Source of the DNA: Andalucia godoyi And28
Lineage: Eukaryota > Protista > Jakobida
Assembly: GCA_009859145.1 (NCBI GenBank)
Contig: VRVR01000010.1
Coordinates: 99,330-163,329 of the forward strand
Length of the DNA: 64,000 nt
Direction of reading: 5' to 3'
The position numbers and the translations under genes were made by a program. Below, one piece after another: positions 1-10,813 of this stretch; position 1 is the stretch's first letter; every line of letters starts with the position of its first letter. The notes beneath the pieces were generated by a model that made no database searches, was not told the origin of the DNA, and saw only the letters and a program-made list of their open reading frames with translations.

Positions 1-200
1 TCTCTCTCTCTCTCTTTCTTTATTTTAAAAGAATCTTCATCTTCTTGTCATTCATTTAAAAAAATTAAATTAACATTCAACAATCCATTCTCTGCGGCCG
101 TGCCACTGTTCGCAGTTTCTCGAGTTCAAAAGCAAACCTGGCTTTCTTTCGCAGGATCGTCATTACGACGTTTCAAGTCCGCTGGCCTTTCCTTTGCCGC

Positions 201-1815
201 ATGAACTTGGCGGCATTGAGAGCTCGGGCTCATGCTAGAAAGGCCCAGATCGCCGCTCTGGAGGATCAGATGTCTCTCAGGTTTGTGTCTTTTTGAAAGT
301 TTCCTTTGTTTTGTACCTTGTTTGAAGAAGTTTCTCACTCATTGCTGACCTTCATGTAGCCAAATCATCCCAAATCACAATGCGGACCAGTTCGCAACGT
401 ATTCACAGAGCTCTACGATACTTCCTCGAACGCCGGTTGCCCACTGGAACAGAAACGCGACTCCGTTTTCTGTGCAGAATTACTGTCCTCCGACAAATTA
501 CGTGATTGCACAAGAGCAACCTCCTTGCTCCTCGTATTATTCCCAGCAAGCCACCGTTCCAGCCGCAGTAACTCCGAGCACAGTCGATGACACGAAGCTT
601 GATCGAATTGAAAGCGCATTAGCAGAGATGCAGCGCACGCAACTCGAAATTGCAGGCATACTGAAGAAACCGGAAAAGACACTCCGTGACGCAGCTGAGC
701 AAACAAGTCCGGAAGGGAAGCGAAGGCCGTTAACCCAGGTGTGCGAACAGGCTGTCAACACAAGTCCTTCGCTACTCACCGCATTCAACACGACGTTTAT
801 TTCGCTCACCGCTGTCCGAGGGGACTTGCACGTCTTGAAGAAAGCTTCGTGGCCGGCAGGGTCGGAAGCAGCTAGCAATGTGCCGCAAGACATCCGCCGG
901 ACCACGGTCAGTGCACCTGAGCCGGCGCATCTGCCTGCAACACCAGGGAATGGAGTTGCAAGCAGTGATGGAGAGAGTGACAACATTCTTTCATACGACG
1001 GACCAGTCTCTGGAATAATGGACAGTCCTGTCGCGGACTCGCAGTACCCCAGCTCCAGCGTCGTTTCAGCGACTGCACAGACCCGGGTCCATCAGACTTC
1101 TGAAGCAGTTTCAGCAAAGGAAAAGGAAAACAAGCTACCCGAATCTCAGTCGTTTTGCAAAAGCACGCTTCCTTCGGTTTCTCTGTCGAAAGCTCTTGAT
1201 TTTCTGGATACTGGTTTTGCCCTGGAGCAAACGAACGACAACGGCAGTATGCCACGATCCGGGGGACAGGACGTCAATGGAAGCAGTCTTCCTTCAGCTG
1301 CATCCGCTGGATTTTCTTTTCCAAGAGCATCCACTGCAAGACCATCATCGCAGCAAGCGCTGGTGGGGACTCATCGCAATCAGCAGTCTAGTGTCGGAAC
1401 TCCTGTACGGCAGCAGCTGCGGCCGTTGCGAGCCTCCCAGCCTTTTGAAACTCCACCGGCAACTGTACAGAGACGTCCAGCACTAGTGAGCAGTGAAGAC
1501 TCTGCCTCGCAAGCACGGCGGCGGCGACACTGTCCACCATTCTCATCCAGCCGCCCCGTATCCACAGAAAAAAGACAGACGACCCATGTTCAGAAAGAGA
1601 CACCACATCGAGTGCCTCGTCATGGTTCTTCTTCCTCCTCCTCTTCTTCTTCTTCTGCTGCTGCTGCTGCTGCTGTTGGTCAAAGCGAGCCGGCAAAAGC
1701 GTGGTCTCAGATTGATGACATTGCGCTGTCGCAAGCCGATGTCAGCAACATGACCGACAGAGAGCTGCGGAAGCATCTCCTGAAGTGCCGGAGCATGTAT
1801 ACCGCTGCTGAATAA
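201..1815 (+). CDS. Hypothetical Ser/Pro/Gln-rich, largely disordered protein (2 exons: 201-280, 360-1815)
   Basis: ATG at 201 (MNLAALRARAHARKAQIAALEDQMSL). A GTTTGT...CTGAC...TAG intron at 281-359 joins in frame to the 472-1815 ORF. No recognisable domain. Confidence 0.6.
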
Positions 1816-2177
1816 ACATCAGAATTTGCCAGTGATTGAAGACCGCTGCAAAATGATAGGGAAAGGAACTCTTTGGAGCAGGTCGTAGTGCAGACGCTGA
1901 GATGTCACAGAATTTTGGCAGGTGTGCCGCAAGGACCAAAGAAGCATGAGAAACCCTGCTGTACGCTCAACACCTCGATGCCAGACTCCATCTTATTTAT
2001 TTATTTATTTTTTTGGCCCGCTTTTGACTACGGCCATTTTTTTGGCCAATCCATTCTGCGAGAAAGGCCGGCAAGTTCTGTGATCAGTCCGGATTTCAGA
2101 TTCAAGAATGCTTTCAGCGCTGTCAACGCGTTGTGTATTTTTCAGTTCCCCCCCACTTCATGAGTAAGAGAATCACA

Positions 2178-2988
2178 ATGTATCTGTCGTCGACTGCGGC
2201 GCGCTTGCTGGACGAAGAGCTGATGAGCCCGCAAGTGGGCTTCTCTCTCCACCAGCTGATGGAGTTGGCCGGGCTGTCTTGTGCATCCGCGATCACGGAT
2301 GCGTTTCCCACAGCTTCCAGGTTTCTTGTGGTTTGTGGGCCAGGCAGTATGGAATTTCCCCCCGCTTCTTCTTCTTTTTCTTCCTTGTCCCCCCGTGTTT
2401 CGTACAGCATTACTAAACACAACTGTTTTTCGGCAACCGCAAAAAAAAAAAAAAAAAGACAATGGAGGAGATGGTCTGGTTTGTGCGCGTCATTTGTCAT
2501 TGTTCTCCAGGTCTGCGACGGTGCTATATCCAAAACGGACTGACAGGGATCCGTTCATCGGGCTCGTGAAACAGATGGATCATTTTGGAATCCCTTTTAT
2601 CGAAACAATGCCGGGCCACGAACAAATGAATGAGCAGTATGATGTGGTGGTGGATGCAATATTTGGATTTTCATTCAAGGGCGACATTCGACCGCCGTTT
2701 GCAGACATCCTTCGAGAAATGTGTAAGCTTAAGATCCCCGTAGCGAGCATTGATGTTCCGTCTGGATGGCACGTTGATGACGGGCCATCGCATCTTGCTT
2801 CCGACTTGCAGCTGCGTCCGACGATGCTGATCAGCTTGACGGCTCCAAAGGAGTGCGCTCGACACTTCAGTGGGCTGCATTATGTGGGCGGCAGATTTGT
2901 CAGCCGAGCGTTGCGCCAGCAGCTGGGCATCGATTTTCCATACAAGGGCCCCAATCAATATGTGAAGTTGGAGGAGGAGAAGGAGTAG
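2178..2988 (+). CDS. NAXE: NAD(P)H-hydrate epimerase (YjeF N-terminal domain); exons 2178-2346 and 2459-2988
   Basis: Motifs QLMELAGLS, VVDAIFGFSF, SIDVPSGW and LISLTAPK. Splicing 2347-2458 restores the conserved VCGPGNNGGDGLVCARHL. Confidence 0.95.
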
Positions 2989-3050
2989 AGAGTGGCCTCT
3001 TTGCACACGTGTTTATATTCCTTCTGGCTATGTGACATCAAAATAATAAG

Positions 3051-5051
3051 TTATTGCAGTGGCAAGGTGCTTCTGGTCAGAGATGCTTGGCGTGCACGAT
3101 TCAGTGCAGCAGACTTTCGCAGATTTGGCGAATCCTCCCAATCCGCAGTACCACCTCGACCTATGCCACCTGATGATGAATCTCCAGATTTGGTTGCGGG
3201 TTGTTGTTGTTGTTGCTGCTGCTGCTGTGTCTGTGGTGCCGTGGTTTCATCCGCGGTGTCGTCCTGCACGCCGTCCTGTCTTGTTTCAAGAGTCTGCAAA
3301 GAGGACTGCAGAATCTTCCGTCTGCGCTCCATCTGCTCCATTTCGAATTCGGCGCGACTCTCGGTGGTCAGCATGATAAGGTCAACCTTGTATTTCGCAT
3401 TTTCCAGAATCTTCAGCAGCGCATCTTCCATATCTTGCTGCTCTTTTAGTTTTTGGAACTCGCTCGCCCTGTCACGCATGATTCTCACATACTTGTGCAC
3501 AGACGCGCGAAACTGTGTGACCTGACGATGGATCATGGCTTCGAGGTTGTGAAACAAGACATCTGTGTCGTACGACGGCAAAACTACCCCGTCAGCCTCC
3601 GTGAACACTGGGTGCTGCGAAGCAAGCGGGGTCTGAAAATGCTTGACATCCAAGAGTTGCTCCAGCGGAACTGTCTTTAGAGGCGGTTGACTGTGCACGA
3701 GGGCCTGCGTTGGAGCTGCTGCTTTGCTTTGGGAAGAAATTGGCAAGGAAATTGGCTGCGGAACGGGAACGGAAGCAGCGCTTCGTTGTGCAACTGCAGG
3801 GCGTTTTAGTGGCGCTGCCAAGTCCAGCACCGCAAGTACACTTTGCTCCACAGATGTTGAAATATGATACCGACTTGAAAAGGTAGAAGAAGTAAGAAAG
3901 GATGCAAGCAGGCACGTGAACTGCGACATGGACACTTCTTTTTGGACATTCAGTTGGGATGCGCAATAGGCAGAGAGATCGCCCAGCCAATCGCCCGGCA
4001 TTCTGCAGAGCACTGTCATCAATTCTTGGAGCTTGTAGTTTTCAAACACAATACCAAACGGATAGACGTTTCCAAAAATATGGATGGGAAGGAACACGTC
4101 GAGTGATTTCCAGTCACTGGACGGCTCTCGAGGCGATGTGATCACTCCACGAACTGCGGGGCTCGAGCCCGAACCAAGACCAGGGCTGGGACTGGGACCG
4201 GGGGTCTGAGGACTCTTCGGATCGCCTGGGTTGAAGATTTTCTTTTGCTTGTTCATGTTTGCGCTGGACGAAGACGCGTTCCCAGCAAGGTCCGTGGAAT
4301 ACTGCTGAATAGGAGGAGTTTGGAACACCAGTCGGTTTGGAGATGCTAGCTTCTGGGGACTGTTCTTGGTTGGGGAGAGATGTTGAAAGTAGTGCGGGAA
4401 AACATCAAAGAGAATCATTCGCAGGGACGTTGAGTCCTTTTTGGAGAGATCCGAGTGCAAGAATATGGAGTATCGAGCCAGTCCGACCAGTGCCAAGACC
4501 CCGAAATCCAGACGATTTTTGCACAGATCCGAGATGAACATCGCCCAATCTCGGTCCACAGAAGCGTTGGAGTGGGACCGATCGTTGTGTGAAGAATGCC
4601 TATGGTGATGATGTCCATCATTGTTGATGCCGCTCTGATACCTCTCGTCCGCCGCCACGGCCTCCGCCTCGGCCTGCACGTCCATGTCTGCATGATCGTA
4701 CTGATGCATCTGTCGCGAATAGTGGTCGGATGCCTTGCAAAGATCGTACCACGCAAGATCGACAAGACTCTTCAACTTCACCTTTTTGAGAATGGCCGAG
4801 TACATTACGTCGGACGGTAGAAACGTGACGCTGTGTGTGTACGACCACAGCTCATACTCCAAGATGTACTCCAGTGCATTGTCGAGCACCCGAAATGACA
4901 GCAGTTCAAAGTACGAATACGAAACGAGCCGGATTTGATGGGGTGAATTGTACACTGGCTTTGTGTGAACCGGAGATTTCAGAAGCGATGCTATTGGATA
5001 TGGCGAATCCAACACTTCCTTTGGAGGCGTGAAGTACTGACCTAACCTCAT
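3051..5051 (-). CDS. Hypothetical protein with C-terminal coiled coil and polyQ
   Basis: 666-aa ATG-initiated ORF; heptad-like segment (FQKLKEQQDMEDALLKILENAK...); no family recognised. Confidence 0.7.
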   Translation of the reverse strand: MRLGQYFTPPKEVLDSPYPIASLLKSPVHTKPVYNSPHQIRLVSYSYFELLSFRVLDNALEYILEYELWSYTHSVTFLPSDVMYSAILKKVKLKSLVDLAWYDLCKASDHYSRQMHQYDHADMDVQAEAEAVAADERYQSGINNDGHHHHRHSSHNDRSHSNASVDRDWAMFISDLCKNRLDFGVLALVGLARYSIFLHSDLSKKDSTSLRMILFDVFPHYFQHLSPTKNSPQKLASPNRLVFQTPPIQQYSTDLAGNASSSSANMNKQKKIFNPGDPKSPQTPGPSPSPGLGSGSSPAVRGVITSPREPSSDWKSLDVFLPIHIFGNVYPFGIVFENYKLQELMTVLCRMPGDWLGDLSAYCASQLNVQKEVSMSQFTCLLASFLTSSTFSSRYHISTSVEQSVLAVLDLAAPLKRPAVAQRSAASVPVPQPISLPISSQSKAAAPTQALVHSQPPLKTVPLEQLLDVKHFQTPLASQHPVFTEADGVVLPSYDTDVLFHNLEAMIHRQVTQFRASVHKYVRIMRDRASEFQKLKEQQDMEDALLKILENAKYKVDLIMLTTESRAEFEMEQMERRRKILQSSLQTLETRQDGVQDDTADETTAPQTQQQQQQQQQPATKSGDSSSGGIGRGGTADWEDSPNLRKSAALNRARQASLTRSTLPLQ

Positions 5052-5100
5052 CCTCTACCTACGCATGCCCTCTTGCAATGATAAACTACTCCCCAACGAA

Positions 5101-5133
5101 TGATGACGATGACGATGATGATGATGATGATGC
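5101..5133. repeat. (GATGAC/GAT)n microsatellite
   Basis: Read directly from sequence; partly the reverse complement of 5344-5386. Confidence 0.9.
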
Positions 5134-5343
5134 TCTCTTTCTTACTGGGTGAACAAAACGCTATTCTCGGGGTTACGGTAAGCACATCGAATTGTTAACG
5201 ACCGTTTGATGCAGGACCGTTTGATGCTTCCCTCGACAAATGAAAATCCCGAGCTCTTCCGCGAAACTCTCTTCATCCTGGATTTCTTCGTTTTGTTTGG
5301 AGTGTGTTGAGTGCGAGTGAGACTTGAGAGTGAGTAAGACAGC

Positions 5344-5346
5344 GCA

Positions 5347-5386
<40 letters not shown>
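5344..5386. repeat. (CATCGT)n microsatellite
   Basis: Read directly; it produces the spurious HRHRHR N-terminus of the 5324 ORF. Confidence 0.9.
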
Positions 5387-5473
5387 TGGTATTTCGTTCT
5401 GTCTGCCACGTGTCTGTTATCGAGAATACTCCTTCGATCTCTGCTTGTACAGCCTCGTCATCGAAGCCTGCTC

Positions 5474-7711
5474 ATGAGCCCTCTTAAACGAGCTGGATCA
5501 CCGTTGGTCGGCGAAGAGCCGCTTGCCAAAGATATCAAAACAATGAGCTCAGTTCCTGGCTTGTCGTCATCGCAGTCTTCTGCACATGTGGCATGTGGAA
5601 TTTCTGGATTTGTGAACCCCAGTCTCCCAAAGCTTATTGGAACCCTCAAAGAAAGATACTCGGATTTTATCGTCCATGAAATATCGCTTTCTGGAAAGGT
5701 TTGCAAGCTGGAATCGCTGGAGATTAAGAAGGAGGTTGCCGGTCTTGCAAGTTCTGTAGACAAGATCGTGTCCGTTGATGATCTCTTGAATCCTTTGGGA
5801 TCTGAATTGCTCGTTTCTGCAATGAGAGAGCTGTCTTTGATGTTTGGCGAGGCTGGCTCCGAACTCGTGTTCAAGAAGCTGGAGGATCGTGGTCGAGAAT
5901 ACCTGAAGTTTTCCTACAACGAACCGTTGGATCTTCCGCCGATGGAGAACCGAGAGGCCCGAAAGGCGGTCCACGAGCTTGTGAGAGACAAGCTCCCGCT
6001 TTTCATGTCGATTACAAACTCGGCAGATTCGAGAATAATCATGCTGCACAATCGATTTTCAGTTCGCAAAGAAGGGTCATCGCGAGATGTGCAATACCGC
6101 GTGTTTTCTCGAGTGCCGTATGAAAAGATCCAGGAAGCAAAATTGGAGTCTGCAGTCACATTAAAAGAAGGAGGAACGCTCGTTTCCATTTACGATGGAC
6201 TGAAGGATCGTTGGCCTCGAACGCTTCCCTGTCATCTGCACTTTACGCTCCACAAGTACAACATCGATTCGCTGGGAGCATTGTCGACAATTGCCAAGGC
6301 ATGCAATATGAAGCCGCACCAATTCCAAATTGCGGGCACAAAGGATAAGCGAGCAATCACGTCGCAGAGAATATCGCTGTTCCATGTGTCCGCCGAGAAG
6401 ATTTTCAATGCAGGGCTGCTTGTTCGAGACAAGGGGATTGTCGTCGGAGACTTTGAGTATGACACTGGTCCTCAAAAGCTGGGAGGCTTGAAAGGAAATG
6501 TATTCACACTCGTGTTTCGGAATTTTGCAAACACAAAGGACGAAGTCGAGCAGTGTGTGCAGTCCTTGAGATCGGACGGCTTCCTGAACTTTTTTGGACT
6601 GCAGCGATTTGGAACCACAGCGATTCGCACCCACCACATTGGAATTGAAATGCTCAAGGGTGACTGGAAACAGGCCGTGGATCTGCTTCTGATTCCACGC
6701 CCAGGAGAGAAACGACAGCCCGCTGGCCGGCAGATCTGGGCTGACACACGTGATGCTTCTGCTGCTCTGAGCAAGCTCCCGTATGCAATGGGAATCGAAA
6801 GAATGGTTCTCAGCCATTTGGCTAAGTTTCCCCAGGATTATCTCGGTTCGATCATGAAGCTTCCGCGCAACTCCCGACTCTTGTACATCCATGCTTTCCA
6901 GTCGTTTGTCTTCAATTCGATGCTATCTCTCCGTGTGGAAAAGTACGGTATGAAACCGGTCGCAGGTGATATAGTGTATGACAGAACAGCTCAGGATCGC
7001 CAGCGAGCAATGAACGACCACCAAGAGCTCTCCAAGCGAGCTCAAAAGCGGCTAGCAAAAGGAATCGCTCCTCGTCAGGACGTGGATCAAACCCTGGACT
7101 TCATGGTGCGCCACATTGATGAAGCAGAATTGCACAAGTTTGCGATTCACGATGTTCTCTTACCCCTCCCAGGCCACTCCATCTTGTATCCCAAGAACGA
7201 AATGGAAAATGCATACAAGGCCATGCTGCGCGAGCATGGTATTTCCGAAGTGGATTTCAAGGGCAAACTGCGCGAAATGACAATCTCTGGACATTATCGC
7301 CCGATGGTTGTCAAGCCCACCAATGTCGAGTATCGAATGTTTGAGTACGATGCGTCCAAGTCATTGGATCAACTGGTGTTGTCGGATCTTGACGTCATCG
7401 AAGGAAAGGTGCTGGATCTTGGCTCGGGCGTTAAAGGACTTGCACTGGAGTTTGGACTACCTTCCTCCAGCTATGCAACAATGTGCATGCGAGAAGTTGT
7501 CAGCGAAGATGTTCTTGTTGAAAAACCCGCGCTCACGGACAGTGGAAGCGGGCGGGGTGCTGTGATCGGAGATGGTCAAGTTGGAGAAGAAGCGGAAGTT
7601 GCACAGGTTGAGGATGATGATGCGTTTGCGGAGAACGACGAAATTCTGGAAGCAGCCGCGCTCGAGGAATCTGAAAACATGCAGTCCATGGAAGAACAAG
7701 AAGATTCTTAA
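5474..7711 (+). CDS. PUS7: tRNA pseudouridine synthase Pus7 (TruD family)
   Basis: Motifs GTLKERYSDFIVHEI, AGTKDKRAITSQ (catalytic Asp), GFLNFFGLQRFGT, YIHAFQSFVFN and FGLPSSSYATMCMRE. First ATG is at 5474. Confidence 0.95.
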   Translation: MSPLKRAGSPLVGEEPLAKDIKTMSSVPGLSSSQSSAHVACGISGFVNPSLPKLIGTLKERYSDFIVHEISLSGKVCKLESLEIKKEVAGLASSVDKIVSVDDLLNPLGSELLVSAMRELSLMFGEAGSELVFKKLEDRGREYLKFSYNEPLDLPPMENREARKAVHELVRDKLPLFMSITNSADSRIIMLHNRFSVRKEGSSRDVQYRVFSRVPYEKIQEAKLESAVTLKEGGTLVSIYDGLKDRWPRTLPCHLHFTLHKYNIDSLGALSTIAKACNMKPHQFQIAGTKDKRAITSQRISLFHVSAEKIFNAGLLVRDKGIVVGDFEYDTGPQKLGGLKGNVFTLVFRNFANTKDEVEQCVQSLRSDGFLNFFGLQRFGTTAIRTHHIGIEMLKGDWKQAVDLLLIPRPGEKRQPAGRQIWADTRDASAALSKLPYAMGIERMVLSHLAKFPQDYLGSIMKLPRNSRLLYIHAFQSFVFNSMLSLRVEKYGMKPVAGDIVYDRTAQDRQRAMNDHQELSKRAQKRLAKGIAPRQDVDQTLDFMVRHIDEAELHKFAIHDVLLPLPGHSILYPKNEMENAYKAMLREHGISEVDFKGKLREMTISGHYRPMVVKPTNVEYRMFEYDASKSLDQLVLSDLDVIEGKVLDLGSGVKGLALEFGLPSSSYATMCMREVVSEDVLVEKPALTDSGSGRGAVIGDGQVGEEAEVAQVEDDDAFAENDEILEAAALEESENMQSMEEQEDS

Positions 7712-8924
7712 TACTCGTCCACACCGTACTTTCTTCTCTTCTTCCCGAGTGCGGGGTTCTTCTTCTTCTTCTTCTTCTTCTGCTTTTTATTTTCAAACAA
7801 AAAAATAAAAAAATAAAAAATGATAATAATAATACAAAAACAAAAACAAAACAAAACAAAACAAAAAACAACGCTGCTCTTAATGATGAGAGTAGAGTAG
7901 ACGATTTCATCTTGTGGATCGCTTACAAAAAAAAACACGGCGGGTTCATTCTCCGCACGCATTTCTCGACCGCGAATTGGACAAAACCGGACGTTTTGCT
8001 CTTGAACCACCGTTGTGGCCGGTCGATCAGAATCGCTGTTGACGCCGTCCAACAAAAAAAGAAAAGAAAATTGAAAAAATTGGAGCACACAAAACCATTG
8101 CAACCAGTTTCACAAAGCGCTCGCAGGATTCCGATGGAGCAGTCGCAGGTTGGGTGGAATCAGTGGAAGAGGTAAACGAGCGCCTTGACGCCCACGGAGG
8201 CACCACTTCCCCACTTCCCTCAGCTGGGACGCTTTCTGCCTCGCGGACATTTCCTTTTCTGAACAAACATCTGGCGGGCAGCGGCCACCGCGAAACTCCT
8301 CGGGGCTGGGAAGCGGATAGCGGGAAATTTGAAGGTGTGTCGCCTCCCGCACGTTGTTGATGAGCGTCTCCCCTCTCTCTTTCGAAAGACCGTCTGCATG
8401 CACACATCCGAGCCGTAGCAAAGTCAGAACCAAACCGGAACGCCGAAGCTTCTGCTCTCGCGCAGTGCTTCTTGAGGTCGACTCGACGTGGTATGATGGA
8501 TTTCACAGAATGACATGCCTGCTCCGCTTCTTGACGGCGCTTGCACGACGCGTGCTGATTTGCGAAAACTGCTCGTACGCCCTAGGACACAACTGCGGTG
8601 CATCAAAGCAAAGAACGGTCGACGCATGGAAGCAGAGGCCATTGGAAAAGCTCTGTGGCACCTGACACGACTCTTTTCTCCTTCCCGACGCCATTCACGC
8701 TGGTTCCTTTCTTTTTCCGTGATGCGTTCACTCCCTTCTCGCCTCCAAAGAGAAGAAAAAGATTGAAGGAACGTCTTCTTTTGTTTTCGTTGCTGGTTTT
8801 TTTCCTCCCCCACTCCTTTCTTTTTTGGATTTTGGATTTTGTATTGTGTGTCTTCGTTCTTATCTGACAAATTACCCTCCTTCCGATCCGTGCTCGCTTC
8901 TTCAGTCAGTCTATACTCGGAGAA

Positions 8925-10385
8925 ATGTCCAAGACAGCTGCCCCTGGAGATGGCGTCCATCGTACAGGAGCAGCAGCAGCAGCAGTGCCAAATGCTTCTT
9001 CCGGCGAGAACAGTGCATCCCGGCTGATAGCCCATCTTACATTGGACGATGATCAGACCAACAGTGTCATCGGCGTGAACTGTTCTTCCTCTTCCGCTAC
9101 CTCTTCTTGTGCCGACGGAGATCGCGAGCAATCCGAATCACTGTCTCACACACAGGGCAGCCATCTGTCGTCACGCATTGAAGCAAACTCGTACGAGCAT
9201 GCTCTCTCCGGGGGTGATTCTGGGGCGCCGGAGGGCGGTGTGGTTGTCGGCAACGGCAATCATCCGCAGTATCACCAAGGTTCGGAGCAGCAAGACAATC
9301 AGCAACACAGTAACACTAATAATAACAATCTTAATATGAATATGCACGAAGATGACGCGGCGTACGCAAATGCTAACTACTGCCAGGATACGATCTTTGT
9401 CGGAGGGCTGTCGTTCCGCATTACAGAGGACGAGCTGCGGTACTTTTTCGAAGGTATGGGTGAAGTCACGCATGTGTACATCAAGCCGAATCAGGATCCG
9501 TCGACTGGACGGCTCCGTGGGTACGGATTTGTGACGTTCCGGGACTCGCACATTGCACAAAAGCTGCGATCCATGGGTGAAGTCCGTTTCGAGTCCAAGC
9601 GCCTGGTGATTGGGCCCGTCCGTCGTCCATCCCAGGGTCCTCCGCTGTCCTCATCGCGCAGAGGCTCACCCTTTTCTGGCACTGCTCCGCAGACGTTTGC
9701 ATTTCCACCTCTAGCAGTGTTTGGGGCGAATGGACTTCCTTTGCAGCCCGCAGTTGTCTCTGCCGTTCCCCCTGCTCATGGTGGACAGTACAATCCAATG
9801 GCTCCCGCCGATGCATCTCCGGCTGCCATGACGTTGGCAGATCCAAATGCTGTGCTGCAGCCGGCTCCTGTTCCCCAGTACTATGACAACGTTGCCGCAT
9901 ACGCGGCACAACAGTACCAGTATACACAGGGAGCGATGTATGCTGCTGCTGCTGCTGCTGCGGCGGCGGCGGGTGGTTCTGGCGGCGGTCACTCTCTTCC
10001 ATACGGCCAGCAGTACCACCAATATGGCTCTCCTGGCGCCCACGTGCATGGAAATCATCGGGGTGGTCGCGGTTCTCGTAATGGGGGACCCTCAAACTAT
10101 GGTCATTCTGGGGGCAATCCAAACTCCGGATACGGGTATGGACATGCTCACTCGCATGCTCATGCACACACCCATTTGCACAATACCGGATCCCATCGGA
10201 CGCCCTCGAGTGGATCCTCTCTCCCACTGTACTATATTCCGCCGTACTACTATACATACGCCCCGCAACAGGCCGCACACTATGGGTATGCTGTGGCTCC
10301 TCAGATGCACGTGAATCCGGGTGTTTCTTCTGCAGCGGGTACGGTTTCCGTCGAGACGCCGGCACCAACGGTGGCAAATTCCTGA
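8925..10385 (+). CDS. Single-RRM RNA-binding protein, DAZ/Boule-like, with Y/P/A/G/H-rich low-complexity C-terminus
   Basis: RNP2 IFVGGL, RNP1 RGYGFVTF, and an RRM ending VRFESKRLVIGPVRR. Confidence 0.85.
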   Translation: MSKTAAPGDGVHRTGAAAAAVPNASSGENSASRLIAHLTLDDDQTNSVIGVNCSSSSATSSCADGDREQSESLSHTQGSHLSSRIEANSYEHALSGGDSGAPEGGVVVGNGNHPQYHQGSEQQDNQQHSNTNNNNLNMNMHEDDAAYANANYCQDTIFVGGLSFRITEDELRYFFEGMGEVTHVYIKPNQDPSTGRLRGYGFVTFRDSHIAQKLRSMGEVRFESKRLVIGPVRRPSQGPPLSSSRRGSPFSGTAPQTFAFPPLAVFGANGLPLQPAVVSAVPPAHGGQYNPMAPADASPAAMTLADPNAVLQPAPVPQYYDNVAAYAAQQYQYTQGAMYAAAAAAAAAAGGSGGGHSLPYGQQYHQYGSPGAHVHGNHRGGRGSRNGGPSNYGHSGGNPNSGYGYGHAHSHAHAHTHLHNTGSHRTPSSGSSLPLYYIPPYYYTYAPQQAAHYGYAVAPQMHVNPGVSSAAGTVSVETPAPTVANS

Positions 10386-10662
10386 TGCTCCTGATCTTGT
10401 CAGCCCAAAAAATCTCCTTCTCCCTGCTTCTAACTCGATTGAGGCGTCGATCTACCTCCGAAGAACTGTACACATTGTATACATTGATTCCGGGAGCGAT
10501 TTGTTGTTGCGGTTCACAGTAGTTGGTACGTGAGAAATTGGAGGTAATAATTAATAAAATGATGATAAAAAGAAACGGAAGTTCGCAGAAACAAAGTAAT
10601 TTCTTAACCATTAATTTATTTGACATCAAGATGAAACGGACATTACACCGGGACAACAGCAA

Positions 10663-10663
<1 letters not shown>

Positions 10664-10701
<38 letters not shown>

Positions 10702-10775
10702 TCGGTAAGGTGGAGAAAACATAAAACAATTACGACATCTGTACAACAACAATTTTCAGAGCATATAAAGGAGGA

Positions 10776-10808
<33 letters not shown>
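10664..10808. repeat. (CA)n at 10664-10699 and (GA)n at 10779-10808, between convergent 3' ends
   Basis: Read directly from sequence. Confidence 0.9.

Positions 10809-10810
<2 letters not shown>

Positions 10811-10813
<3 letters not shown>

Noticed and set aside
5324-5473. His/Arg-repeat N-terminal extension of PUS7
   Set aside because: It starts at a non-ATG codon and comes from the (CATCGT)n microsatellite; the first ATG is 5474.
8490-8560. Possible C/D snoRNA (ATGATGG...CTGA)
   Set aside because: Imperfect C box, no terminal stem and no rRNA complement recognised.
9481-10662. 393-aa antisense ORF overlapping the RRM gene
   Set aside because: No recognisable domain, non-ATG start, and it runs through the 3' UTR; it is a shadow of GC-rich coding sequence.
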